Shown: one piece after another, positions 28,746 through 37,269 of the stretch
Position numbering within the stretch: position 1 is the first letter of the stretch
Layout: every line of letters begins with the position of its first letter
Assembly: GCA_011064725.1 (NCBI GenBank)
Contig: JAAKFQ010000001.1
Location: forward strand, 1,650-65,649
DNA from: Chlamydiota bacterium
GTDB lineage: Bacteria; Chlamydiota; Chlamydiia; Chlamydiales; JAAKFQ01
Length of the DNA: 64,000 nucleotides
Reading direction: 5' to 3'
The notes under the pieces: model-generated
The model's database searches: none
Told to the model about the DNA's origin: nothing
The model's input: only the letters and a program-made list of their open reading frames with translations
Made by a program: the position numbers and the translations under genes

Positions 28746-30109
28746 TAAAATATGTTGAAAGCATCAAGCAAGATAAAGATAATGAGTACAGGGGCGATGA
28801 ATTTCCAAATGGCTTTAAAATAGATCGCATACAATTTTTGTGAGATAGGAGATAGATGCATATGCATCTCAAGCTCTTTTAACACATTTTTTGGTCCCCA
28901 CACATAGCCTGCTAAAATACAAGCAACAAATCCACCCAAAGGCACCATAAAATTGAGTGTTACAAAGGAAAGGAGATCAAAAAAAGTTTGATTGAAAAGT
29001 GTCACATGTTTGAACAGTGAAAACGAAAGCGCTGAAGGAATACCAATAATAAAGGCACCTAAAGCACAAAACCAGGTGCTTGCTTTGCGTGTCCATTTTT
29101 TTTGTTCTTGTAAATAGCAAATCAAAGGCTCCATCGCGGAAATTTGTGAAGTCAAAGCTGCAATGGCAACAAGCACAAAAAACAAAATGGCAAAAAGATT
29201 GCCCCCAACGATGCGACTAAATGCTACAGGAAGCACAGAAAAAATAAGTCCTGGTCCAGAATGCGTCAGAGCTTCATTCACACCCGCAATGGAAAATATG
29301 GTTAAAATAGAGAGTATGGCAGCAAGCAAATCAAATCCAGCAATGTAGACGCAGCTACCCACCACATTTTCTTTTTTCTTTAAATAACCGCCATAAGTAA
29401 TCATGGTGCCCTGTCCAAGGCTAAGTGTAAAAAAGGCCTGCCCAAGGGCAAGCAGCAAAGCTCTTGGAGTTAACTTGGACCAGTCGGGAGTAAACAAAAA
29501 ATCGAGCTGTTTTGGATCATCCAAGTTTGCCAACCCCATGATGGTGAGAAAAACAAAGAGCAAAAAAAGCAACGGTATAAGGCTTTTGCTCACCCACTCG
29601 ATTCCCTTCTTCACCCCACCTAAAAGCACATAAGCGCAAAGCACAATAAAAATAAGATGGTAGCTGAGTGTCCAGGTCGGTGTCGCTAAAAAAGTCTGGA
29701 ACTGCGCTTCTGCAGATTGAAAGCTTGCTTGATGAGAAATATTGCCCAAAAACGATTCGACCAAATACCCTAAAATCCACCCCGCCACAACGCTGTAAAA
29801 CGAGCTAATTAAAAAGCCTGTTAAAATCTGGATTTTTCCAATCTGTTTCCATGTCTTTTTGTGAGTGATTTTATAAAGGGCCCCATCGACACTTGTTTGC
29901 CCATGGCGTCCTATGGAAATTTCCGTAATCAAAATAGGAATGCCTAGCAAAAACAGAAAGATGATGTAGGTGAAAATAAATACAGCGCCCCCATTTTGGG
30001 CAGCCAGATAGGGAAAACGCCAGATATTGGCAAGACCAATCGCAGAGCCCGCTGCTGCTGCAATAAACCCAAGCTTGGTCTTAAAATGTTCATGCCCGCT
30101 TTTTTTCAT
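28745..30109 (-). CDS. Sodium-dependent transporter, NSS/SNF family
   Basis: GFIAAAAGSAIGLANIWRFPYLAAQNGGAVF signature. Start taken at the internal ATG (MKKSGHEHF…), because the 35-codon upstream extension runs through a relic repeat. Confidence 0.85.
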   Translation of the reverse strand: MKKSGHEHFKTKLGFIAAAAGSAIGLANIWRFPYLAAQNGGAVFIFTYIIFLFLLGIPILITEISIGRHGQTSVDGALYKITHKKTWKQIGKIQILTGFLISSFYSVVAGWILGYLVESFLGNISHQASFQSAEAQFQTFLATPTWTLSYHLIFIVLCAYVLLGGVKKGIEWVSKSLIPLLFLLFVFLTIMGLANLDDPKQLDFLFTPDWSKLTPRALLLALGQAFFTLSLGQGTMITYGGYLKKKENVVGSCVYIAGFDLLAAILSILTIFSIAGVNEALTHSGPGLIFSVLPVAFSRIVGGNLFAILFFVLVAIAALTSQISAMEPLICYLQEQKKWTRKASTWFCALGAFIIGIPSALSFSLFKHVTLFNQTFFDLLSFVTLNFMVPLGGFVACILAGYVWGPKNVLKELEMHMHLSPISQKLYAIYFKAIWKFIAPVLIIFILLDAFNIF

Positions 30110-30126
30110 ATCAACAAATATACATT

Positions 30127-30172
30127 TTATCGACGTATGTAGCAATAGACATTTGCTCTTCCAAAGACAAAA
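30127..30172 (-). pseudogene. Relic of the last ~15 codons plus stop of the methyltransferase gene (copy of 31174-31219)
   Basis: 40-bp perfect match (30133-30172 = 31180-31219). The adjacent 6 nt still read Arg-stop (cga taa versus agg taa). Confidence 0.7.
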
Positions 30173-30240
30173 AAATCTTTTGCAAAAAAAGGCATCTGTT
30201 ACCATACTTTTCATAAAAGGGATACATAAAGAGGTTTAAG

Positions 30241-31146
30241 ATGCAGAAGAGCGCATTTCAGCTATTTTTTGAGTGCTATACCAAAAAACATTTTGTGTTC
30301 GATGGCCGTGCCACTCGCAAAGAAGCTTGGAGTTTTTTATTGCTTTCCTGGTGGAGCACTTTTTTCATTATAGATATTTATTCCAGATGGTTCTCCTTTA
30401 ATATGATCATTACTAAGAATTATCCACCCAATCAAAGCTTGATGGAGACTTTAAGCATTACGACATTTGTCGTGTTTTTTTTAGTATCATTCCTTCCTGG
30501 TATAGCGGTTACTATTAGACGATTTCATGATTTAAATATGGGAGGGGGATGGTGGTTTGGACTCTTTGTCCCTTTCCTTGGGTTGATTTTGTCGATTTTA
30601 CTCTCTTTTAAGAAAGGAACCGAAGGAGCCAACAAATATGGAGAACCTATTCCCTCTTATCCTAGAAAACAAGGCTCATTTAAGCTTTTTATGGAATGCA
30701 TGACAAAAAAATATTTTGACTTTCGGGGAAAAGCTGGACGTCAAGAGCTATTGTTTTTTTTCCTGTACTATTTTATTGGGTCTATTTTGTTTTCCTTGAT
30801 ACATATTTTTCTTAACATTGGTTTAAATTTATATAAAATTGACATTTTTTCTCATTCCTATATAATTTTTTCCAATATTCTTAGTTTTTTCTCCCACATT
30901 TTCCTTATACCTGCTTTAGCGCTTTTTACAAGACGTCTTCACGGTGCTAATAGATCAAGGTGGTGGCTTTTAATGCTAATAGGGGTAAGCTTTTTTACTT
31001 TCTACTTCTTGTCTCATTATGCCTCTATTCCTTTATTTCCGTTTTTGTTTGTTTCGAGTGGCACAGCACAGTTCTTCCTCTTTTTATTGGGAACTATTAC
31101 TCTTTCGTTCTTTAAAGAGGGCAAGGAAACGATCGCGTTGACGTAA
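30241..31146 (+). CDS. Tandem DUF805-domain membrane protein
   Basis: Two DUF805-like halves: …FDGRATRKEAWSF…RRFHDLNMGGGWW and …FRGKAGRQELLFF…RRLHGANRSRWW. Confidence 0.6.
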   Translation: MQKSAFQLFFECYTKKHFVFDGRATRKEAWSFLLLSWWSTFFIIDIYSRWFSFNMIITKNYPPNQSLMETLSITTFVVFFLVSFLPGIAVTIRRFHDLNMGGGWWFGLFVPFLGLILSILLSFKKGTEGANKYGEPIPSYPRKQGSFKLFMECMTKKYFDFRGKAGRQELLFFFLYYFIGSILFSLIHIFLNIGLNLYKIDIFSHSYIIFSNILSFFSHIFLIPALALFTRRLHGANRSRWWLLMLIGVSFFTFYFLSHYASIPLFPFLFVSSGTAQFFLFLLGTITLSFFKEGKETIALT

Positions 31147-31173
31147 GATAAGAAAAACTACGAGCCCACTCCA

Positions 31174-31806
31174 TTACCTACGTATGTAGCAATAGACATT
31201 TGCTCTTCCAAAGACAAAAGGCAGAGTAAGTTGCTTCCACAAACAGAATTGATTAGATGTCAGCTTTTCAGAAACCATCACTACTTTGGCTCCTTTTTTC
31301 AACTCCAAGAATTTTGTTTGTAATTGCTCAAGGTCTTGGAATCCTGTGGCAAAAAAATAGACAAAATCTGGCGTTGTAAAATCAAACGTCAAAAAATCTT
31401 GGTGTAAAAACGACATCTTGGGCATCAAATGTTGTGCTTTTTCAATTAAGGACTTATTGATATCTAGACCTGTCGATTGCGCATGGTAAAAAATCGAGGC
31501 AAATTGACATAGCCTTCCATCACCGCTGCCAAGATCGACAAAATGACTCTGTGGTTCTAGATAAAAGGTCTTCAATATCCGATCAAATGTCTTTAAGGGG
31601 GTAATCCCATACAAATATGTGTGACGATAGGGATTAACAAAAAGACGGCTCAAGGCGCGTTTGATATCGCTAAAAAACAGAAGCTTGGATTTAAGGTACA
31701 AGGGAATATTTTCAAAGCCATGCCAGAGCGTGACAAAAAAAACACGAAACGTCCAAAAAAGCTTACCAATTGATGGTTTGACCAATTTTAACCACACAAA
31801 ATTCAT
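31174..31806 (-). CDS. Class I SAM-dependent methyltransferase
   Basis: Motif I VDLGSGDGRL followed by GLDIN. Overlaps the 3' end of the upstream hydrolase gene by 44 nt. Confidence 0.6.
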   Translation of the reverse strand: MNFVWLKLVKPSIGKLFWTFRVFFVTLWHGFENIPLYLKSKLLFFSDIKRALSRLFVNPYRHTYLYGITPLKTFDRILKTFYLEPQSHFVDLGSGDGRLCQFASIFYHAQSTGLDINKSLIEKAQHLMPKMSFLHQDFLTFDFTTPDFVYFFATGFQDLEQLQTKFLELKKGAKVVMVSEKLTSNQFCLWKQLTLPFVFGRANVYCYIRR

Positions 31807-32686
31807 CTAATGTAATTTTCTTGTCCTTTAATGCTTGAACAAGCTCTTTGACGGGAGTAAGTTTTTTCTCAAACGTCAAACGAAAGGTATTCCAGTGACA
31901 AGCAATACTCATTTTAGATTTGATGATCTGATGAATTTTAACAGCTTGTATTGGACAGATATGCATATTTTTAAACAGCATCCTTGGATAGTAAGCTCCG
32001 ATAGGAATTAAACTCAGGGTGAAGCTTTTGAATTTTTCAGAAACGGCGCGAAAAATGGACTCTCTATATGCCGTATCTCCAACAAAATAGACGCTTTTTC
32101 CCTTGACATTGAGAACAAATCCCGCACATTTAGATTTGTTGTAGTCAAAAAGCAATCGATACGCCATGTGTTTGACAGGCACAGCTTCAATCCAATAATC
32201 CTTTTGATTAGAGCGTTCCCACCAGTCAAGTTCAATCACATTTTCAATCTTTCTTTTATCAAACCACTTCTTCAAACCTTTCGGAACAAACCAGGTAATA
32301 TTGGGGAATTTTTGATGCAATTTCTTGATGGTGTACTTATCTAAATGGTCATAATGGTTATGGGAGATCAACACGACATCGACTTTTTTTAAATCTTTTA
32401 ATCCCATCGGGATTTTTTCCTGTCTTTTGACTCCAAGAAAACGAAAAGGAAAATAAAAAGGTGTGCAACGTTTTGACCAGATAGGATCTGTCAAAAACAC
32501 CATCCCCTCTATTTCCATCATGAATGTCGAATGCCCAATCCATGTTAAATGAGGATGCGAAGTATTGACTTCTTGTTCAAAATAAGGAACTTGAAAAACG
32601 CCCATATCCACTGATTGCGTAATCATACCAAACCACTCATTTTTAAGTTTATGACAAAGTATACAAAAAATTGAATTTTTCACCAA
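31763..32686 (-). CDS. Metallo-beta-lactamase-fold hydrolase, NAPE-PLD-like (paralog 1, shorter N-terminus)
   Basis: ISHNHYDHLD (HxHxDH) and …WIGHSTF…DPIWSKRC…. The track start is TTG abutting MITE A1; a real start at ATG 32626 is plausible. Confidence 0.7.
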   Translation of the reverse strand: MVKNSIFCILCHKLKNEWFGMITQSVDMGVFQVPYFEQEVNTSHPHLTWIGHSTFMMEIEGMVFLTDPIWSKRCTPFYFPFRFLGVKRQEKIPMGLKDLKKVDVVLISHNHYDHLDKYTIKKLHQKFPNITWFVPKGLKKWFDKRKIENVIELDWWERSNQKDYWIEAVPVKHMAYRLLFDYNKSKCAGFVLNVKGKSVYFVGDTAYRESIFRAVSEKFKSFTLSLIPIGAYYPRMLFKNMHICPIQAVKIHQIIKSKMSIACHWNTFRLTFEKKLTPVKELVQALKDKKITLDEFCVVKIGQTINW

Positions 32687-32844
32687 CTGATGTTATGCAC
32701 CACCTTCTATTCATAGGAAAAGTGGAAGGAACAACCTCCTACGTCTTCCTCCTCATACAACTCTTTGGAGTTGTGCTTGTCAGAAATCCTTGTATCTTGT
32801 TCTTTCCATCTTTCCTCTAAACAGAATTTACTGCATAACATCAG
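32687..32844 (+). mobile_element. Family-A MITE copy A1 (158 bp)
   Basis: TIRs ctgatgttatgcac… / …ctgcataacatcag. Flanks tcaccaa/ttaccaa (6/7). Sits exactly between the two hydrolase paralogs. Confidence 0.85.
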
Positions 32845-33837
32845 TTACCAATTAATGGATTGTCCAGGGTAAAGAATGCGAAATTCTTCATTGTGAACAT
32901 CGCTTTTATCGAGGGCTTCTAAAAGATCAAAAGCAGGCCTTAATTGATCCTCATAAGAAAGTTTGAAGGTGTGCCAATGACAGGCAACAGAAAGCTTAGA
33001 TTTGACTTCTTTATGAATATCAAGCGCTTCTTTTGGCCCCACATGGACAGGAGATTGAAATTTTCTGGGTAGATAAGCACCTATGGGAATAAGACTCAAA
33101 TCGATTTTTTTAAATACATCCCCTAGCTTTTTAAAATCATGTTCATTGTATCCCGTATCTCCTGCAAAATAAAAACGCTTATTTTTCACCTCAACAACAA
33201 ATCCTGCCCAGAGTGTGCGATCCAAATCGAAAAGTTTTCTTCCAGAAAAATGTTGTGCCGGCACCCCAACAACGCGCATTTCAAAATTCTTTTCTTTTAC
33301 GGAGTACTCATCCCACCAATTCAACTCTACAACATTGTAAATGTCCTGTTTAATAAACCACACCTTCAATCCAAGTGGAACAAACCACAAAATTCCCGGA
33401 AATTTTTGATGCAAAAAACGCACCGTTTTACGATCCAAATGGTCATAGTGATTATGCGAAATGACCACGTAATCCACTCTTTCTAAATCATCTATGCTGA
33501 TGGGAGGTTGATGTTTTCTTTTTGGGCCAAAAAAACGAAATGGAGAACATCTCTTTGACCAAATGGGATCTGTCAAAATTTTGCGTCCTTCAACTTCAAT
33601 CAAAAATGTCGAATGATTGATCCATGTGACTTTTGGCTTGGAGGGCACAACTTCATGCTCACAAAAAGGAACTTGAAATCCATCAGGAACAGAGCGTCTT
33701 TTATCTGTGATTTCATCATAGGCTCCAAAAAACCATTTAACAAAGTGTCGGATTTTCCGATGGTGATTTTCTAAATAGGTGTTCACAAACCGCTTAGGCA
33801 TAGGTGTTTTGGGATAGTTTTTACTTTTATAACGCAC
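32845..33837 (-). CDS. Metallo-beta-lactamase-fold hydrolase, NAPE-PLD-like (paralog 2)
   Basis: ISHNHYDHLD. Collinear with paralog 1 over about 300 aa. Both end …INW. Confidence 0.75.
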   Translation of the reverse strand: MRYKSKNYPKTPMPKRFVNTYLENHHRKIRHFVKWFFGAYDEITDKRRSVPDGFQVPFCEHEVVPSKPKVTWINHSTFLIEVEGRKILTDPIWSKRCSPFRFFGPKRKHQPPISIDDLERVDYVVISHNHYDHLDRKTVRFLHQKFPGILWFVPLGLKVWFIKQDIYNVVELNWWDEYSVKEKNFEMRVVGVPAQHFSGRKLFDLDRTLWAGFVVEVKNKRFYFAGDTGYNEHDFKKLGDVFKKIDLSLIPIGAYLPRKFQSPVHVGPKEALDIHKEVKSKLSVACHWHTFKLSYEDQLRPAFDLLEALDKSDVHNEEFRILYPGQSINW

Positions 33838-34002
33838 TTTAACTTAAAAACCGTGTTTTATTACTCTAATAATTAAAAACACATATTAAATTAAACACAT
33901 TTACGCAACCAATTAAAAACAAAAGGCTTTGTAAGGAAATTTTATTTAATTAAATTCAAGAAAAAGATATGATCGACTAAAAATTTTACTTTAGGAGAAA
34001 AA

Positions 34003-34380
34003 ATGGTCGATCCAGTTCAACAAAAAACCCCTTCAATGACCTCATCTCAACCAAGACCCGCTACAATCATTGAGTTTAGATCAAGCAATCACTTAGATGG
34101 AGCCCTCATAGCCATTATCAATAGACAGTCTAAAGCTGTTGCATGGTATCAACATATACCCAACATTTTAATAGCATCTCATTGCTCCTTCGCAGTCGAC
34201 ACAACTGGAGTAAATTTAAGTGAGTTAGAAATTTACGTTTACGCATGCAACACACAATCAGAAAAAATAATTTATGAAGAAAAAAGAAGCTGGCCTCTTG
34301 GAAATGTGAATCATTTTGCTCGATGGATTCTTTATTGCGACGATGCTGGATTGGGATTTGTGCAGCAGCCTATTCGCTAG
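34003..34380 (+). CDS. Hypothetical protein
   Basis: 125-aa ORF with aggag 7 nt upstream of the ATG. AT-rich flanks. No motif recognised. Confidence 0.35.
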   Translation: MVDPVQQKTPSMTSSQPRPATIIEFRSSNHLDGALIAIINRQSKAVAWYQHIPNILIASHCSFAVDTTGVNLSELEIYVYACNTQSEKIIYEEKRSWPLGNVNHFARWILYCDDAGLGFVQQPIR

Positions 34381-35230
34381 GCAACCGATAAAAACCTGGA
34401 TTCTTGTTGATATTTCTCAAATTGAGTTTGAAAATGTTTCCGACAAGCAGGCGGTAAAACATAATTTCGTCATTCGTGGGCTTTCTCGGATAATCATTTT
34501 TAAAAGAGCAAACATTTAAACATTCTCTAAGTTGCGCCAAAATCGTTTCGATATCCCCTCCTTTCAACCCCACTATGTTGGCTTCTGCTACAGGAATATC
34601 AAATTCTTTATCACCGCTCCCAAAATCCTCGTCCACCTGAAGCCTTTTTAAACGCCGTTCATATGATGCAATGGCCTCTTGTTGAATTTTTCTCAAAAAA
34701 GCAAACATTTCAAGACGTAAAAATGCACAAAATTCATGCACGTTAACAGAGGAATCGTTTCTAAGCTCATAAATGGCATAAAATTTCTCAATAACAGGAG
34801 AAAATTCTTCAGAAGAAAGAAATCTTCTTCTATCCAATTCCCACCCACATGAAAAGTCCAAACCGTCCACGCATTGATAAAAATCCTCTATTAAAGGCCG
34901 CGCTTCTGAATAAATCTCTTCTGAGCTTTTGGCACTGGCTGCTACTTCTGGTCCCACTACTTCTTCTTCCTCATCGTCAAATGATAGTTTACGTGGACGA
35001 GGGAAATAACGCGATTTCAATTTCTCAACACCACCTTTATCAGCAATCAAAGAAACCGTAAAAGAATCCTTTTTTAAAGCTTCGGGAGTTGGTGTAGACA
35101 AAGAAAGCGACATTGGCGCAAGAGAACCTCCCCCTTTCCCAGCAAGCGATTCGTTAGAACTTCGACGTAACTCGTCACTTTGCGATTTCCTCTTGAGAGG
35201 GTTTCCCGTTGAACTACCTGGACTTGCCAT
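34370..35230 (-). CDS. Hypothetical protein with a disordered Ser/Gly/Pro-rich N-terminus
   Basis: Start taken at MASPGSS… (aggaaaag upstream). Acidic stretch DDEEEE. No motif recognised. Confidence 0.4.
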   Translation of the reverse strand: MASPGSSTGNPLKRKSQSDELRRSSNESLAGKGGGSLAPMSLSLSTPTPEALKKDSFTVSLIADKGGVEKLKSRYFPRPRKLSFDDEEEEVVGPEVAASAKSSEEIYSEARPLIEDFYQCVDGLDFSCGWELDRRRFLSSEEFSPVIEKFYAIYELRNDSSVNVHEFCAFLRLEMFAFLRKIQQEAIASYERRLKRLQVDEDFGSGDKEFDIPVAEANIVGLKGGDIETILAQLRECLNVCSFKNDYPRKPTNDEIMFYRLLVGNIFKLNLRNINKNPGFYRLPSE

Positions 35231-35374
35231 TACTTTTCCTTTTTTAAAGCTTTTAAAAAGAAATTGTAACAAAACCCAAAATAAAACTCAACAAATGATT
35301 TGATTTAATAAATTAAAATAAATTTTTAATATAAAAATTAATTTTGAAATACCAAGAACTAATGGAATATCACC

Positions 35375-37216
35375 TTACTTCACATTGCAGGCGCAGCGAA
35401 AGCCGTAGGTGGCGTTGCAGTTACCGGGATTATTGCGATGGCGATGACAACAGCGCAAGTCTTCAATGAGGCTTTTCCAGCATCCTCCGCGCAGCACCCG
35501 GTAGACGCCTTGCTTAGGACCTGTTGGATTATCAGGTTCTGTCTTGGACATTTCGTAAAAATGAAAATTGTACCAATCCTGGCACCATTCATACACATTT
35601 CCTGCCATGTCATAGAGGCCAAACTCGTTGGGAGAGAAGCTTTTAATGGACATTGTATCATGGCTAAAGTAATGGGCCGTTCTTTTGTCGATTTTTGATC
35701 CATTTGGATAGAGATTTTCGATTTTACCACCAGAGGCCGCAACTTCCCATTCTGCTTCTGTAGGCAGTCTTTTGCCAACCCATTTCGCATAAGCATCCGC
35801 TCCATACCAAGTCACACCCACAACAGGATGATCATCGTATCCCTGTTCAATCAAAAATTCCCCTTTCTTTAAATAGACACGAGAATCTTTAAGTTTGATC
35901 ATGTCGCAATTATAGATATCCTTAATCCCACCAAGATTTTGTAAAAAGCGCACAAATTGCCTGTTCATCACCGCAGTTGTTTCAATGGCAAATGTGTTGA
36001 GTTCAATAGTATGCTGAGGCATTTCATCTCTGGGGCCATATTTAGATCCTCTAGTAAATGTCCCTCCATGGATCACCTGCATTTCTGATAAGATGGGTTC
36101 TATTTCCGTTTTGACTTGGGTTTGCTCTGGACTATAATGCGATACTTTCATCTCGGTTTGAATCAAGGCGATCGGATCAAAATCTTTGGTAGGTCGCTTT
36201 AAGGGCTCTGGCTTAAGGTCGGGCTCAAAATCTTCAGGAAAGAGTGTTTGTTGCTTTGCTTCAAGTTTGGTTTTTTCAAGTTTGACACCCTCTTCGACTT
36301 GTCTTTGCACCTTTTCCACATGCTTTTCCAAGCTCGATAAAGGTTTTGCGACTTTTTGGTTCAATATTTCTTCCATTGTCTCAACAATGCTAGAGGGTCT
36401 TTGTTTGGGGTCTTGCTTCAAAAACAGATCAATACACGCACTCCAATCTTTGGCTAAATCTGTGCGCAACTCTGTGGGTTTTTGGTAATTTCCTTCAGGG
36501 AACTGTTTGGTGAGTAAGTAATAGGCCAAAATGCCAAAACTATACACATCGCTATGTGTTGATATCTTTTGTTTGGAATACCATTTTTGTTCCGGTGATA
36601 AAAAGAGGTAAGTTTGCAAAAATGAATGTTGCAACTCTGTAATTGTTGTGTCATTGCCTTGATTAAAAGCTTGCATCTTTGCAAAGATAGCTTTTTCCAA
36701 AACGGGCCCCAATCCAAGCAGTTTTGTCAGCCCAAAATCCGCAAGATAAAACGTCTTATCACTTCCAATTAAAATATTGCTTGGTTTGATATTTCGGTGA
36801 ATGTAAGGAAAGCTTTTTAGCGATTTTTCGTGGGCATAATCTAAAGCAGATCCAATCTGTCTTAAAATGGTTTCCACCAGATCTTCTGGAAGCGAGCGTT
36901 TATAGGAAGCCAAAAACTCTTTTAAACTCTGAGGTGTATCATTTTTAGATGTGATAAAATCTGTCACAAGAAAAAAGGTTTCAGCTGCATTTGTGACATG
37001 GTGAATTTTCACAATGTTAGGGTGCTGCAATTTTGTCAGCTGGCTAATCTCTTTCTTGAATTTTACAACAAAGCTTTCATCTTTTGTCCAATGCTTAGGA
37101 AGGACTTTTAAACACACCTTCTTTTTCATGAAGCGATTTTCAGCAAGATAGACTTTTCCACAGGTGCCTTCACCCAATTCTTTCAATAAATCAAAATCCC
37201 CTAACTTCTGTTGCAT
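35375..37216 (-). CDS. Ser/Thr protein kinase fused to an FGE-sulfatase (SUMF1-like) domain
   Basis: Kinase motifs GEGTCGKVY, HRNIKPSNIL, DFGLTK. C-terminal …RVLRGGCW…YGFRCA is typical of formylglycine-generating-enzyme-like domains. Confidence 0.85.
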   Translation of the reverse strand: MQQKLGDFDLLKELGEGTCGKVYLAENRFMKKKVCLKVLPKHWTKDESFVVKFKKEISQLTKLQHPNIVKIHHVTNAAETFFLVTDFITSKNDTPQSLKEFLASYKRSLPEDLVETILRQIGSALDYAHEKSLKSFPYIHRNIKPSNILIGSDKTFYLADFGLTKLLGLGPVLEKAIFAKMQAFNQGNDTTITELQHSFLQTYLFLSPEQKWYSKQKISTHSDVYSFGILAYYLLTKQFPEGNYQKPTELRTDLAKDWSACIDLFLKQDPKQRPSSIVETMEEILNQKVAKPLSSLEKHVEKVQRQVEEGVKLEKTKLEAKQQTLFPEDFEPDLKPEPLKRPTKDFDPIALIQTEMKVSHYSPEQTQVKTEIEPILSEMQVIHGGTFTRGSKYGPRDEMPQHTIELNTFAIETTAVMNRQFVRFLQNLGGIKDIYNCDMIKLKDSRVYLKKGEFLIEQGYDDHPVVGVTWYGADAYAKWVGKRLPTEAEWEVAASGGKIENLYPNGSKIDKRTAHYFSHDTMSIKSFSPNEFGLYDMAGNVYEWCQDWYNFHFYEMSKTEPDNPTGPKQGVYRVLRGGCWKSLIEDLRCCHRHRNNPGNCNATYGFRCACNVK

Positions 37217-37269
37217 CTTAACCTCTTTTTATTTTACTTCTCGCCATCGTATCACGACCGAAACTTATT

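Noticed and set aside
17497-28746. Reading the 11.2-kb block bounded by perfect inverted family-B termini and TA/TTAA as an active composite transposon.
   Set aside because: The cargo is core housekeeping (dnaA, yidC, lgt, mgtE) and there is no transposase. A split or rearranged MITE, or two truncated copies, is more parsimonious. The observation is kept as a finding about rearrangement/inversion potential only.
30110-30214. 35-codon N-terminal extension of the NSS transporter ORF in the track.
   Set aside because: The extension is read through the relic of the methyltransferase 3' end in another frame. The conserved NSS N-terminus begins right after the internal ATG at 30109.
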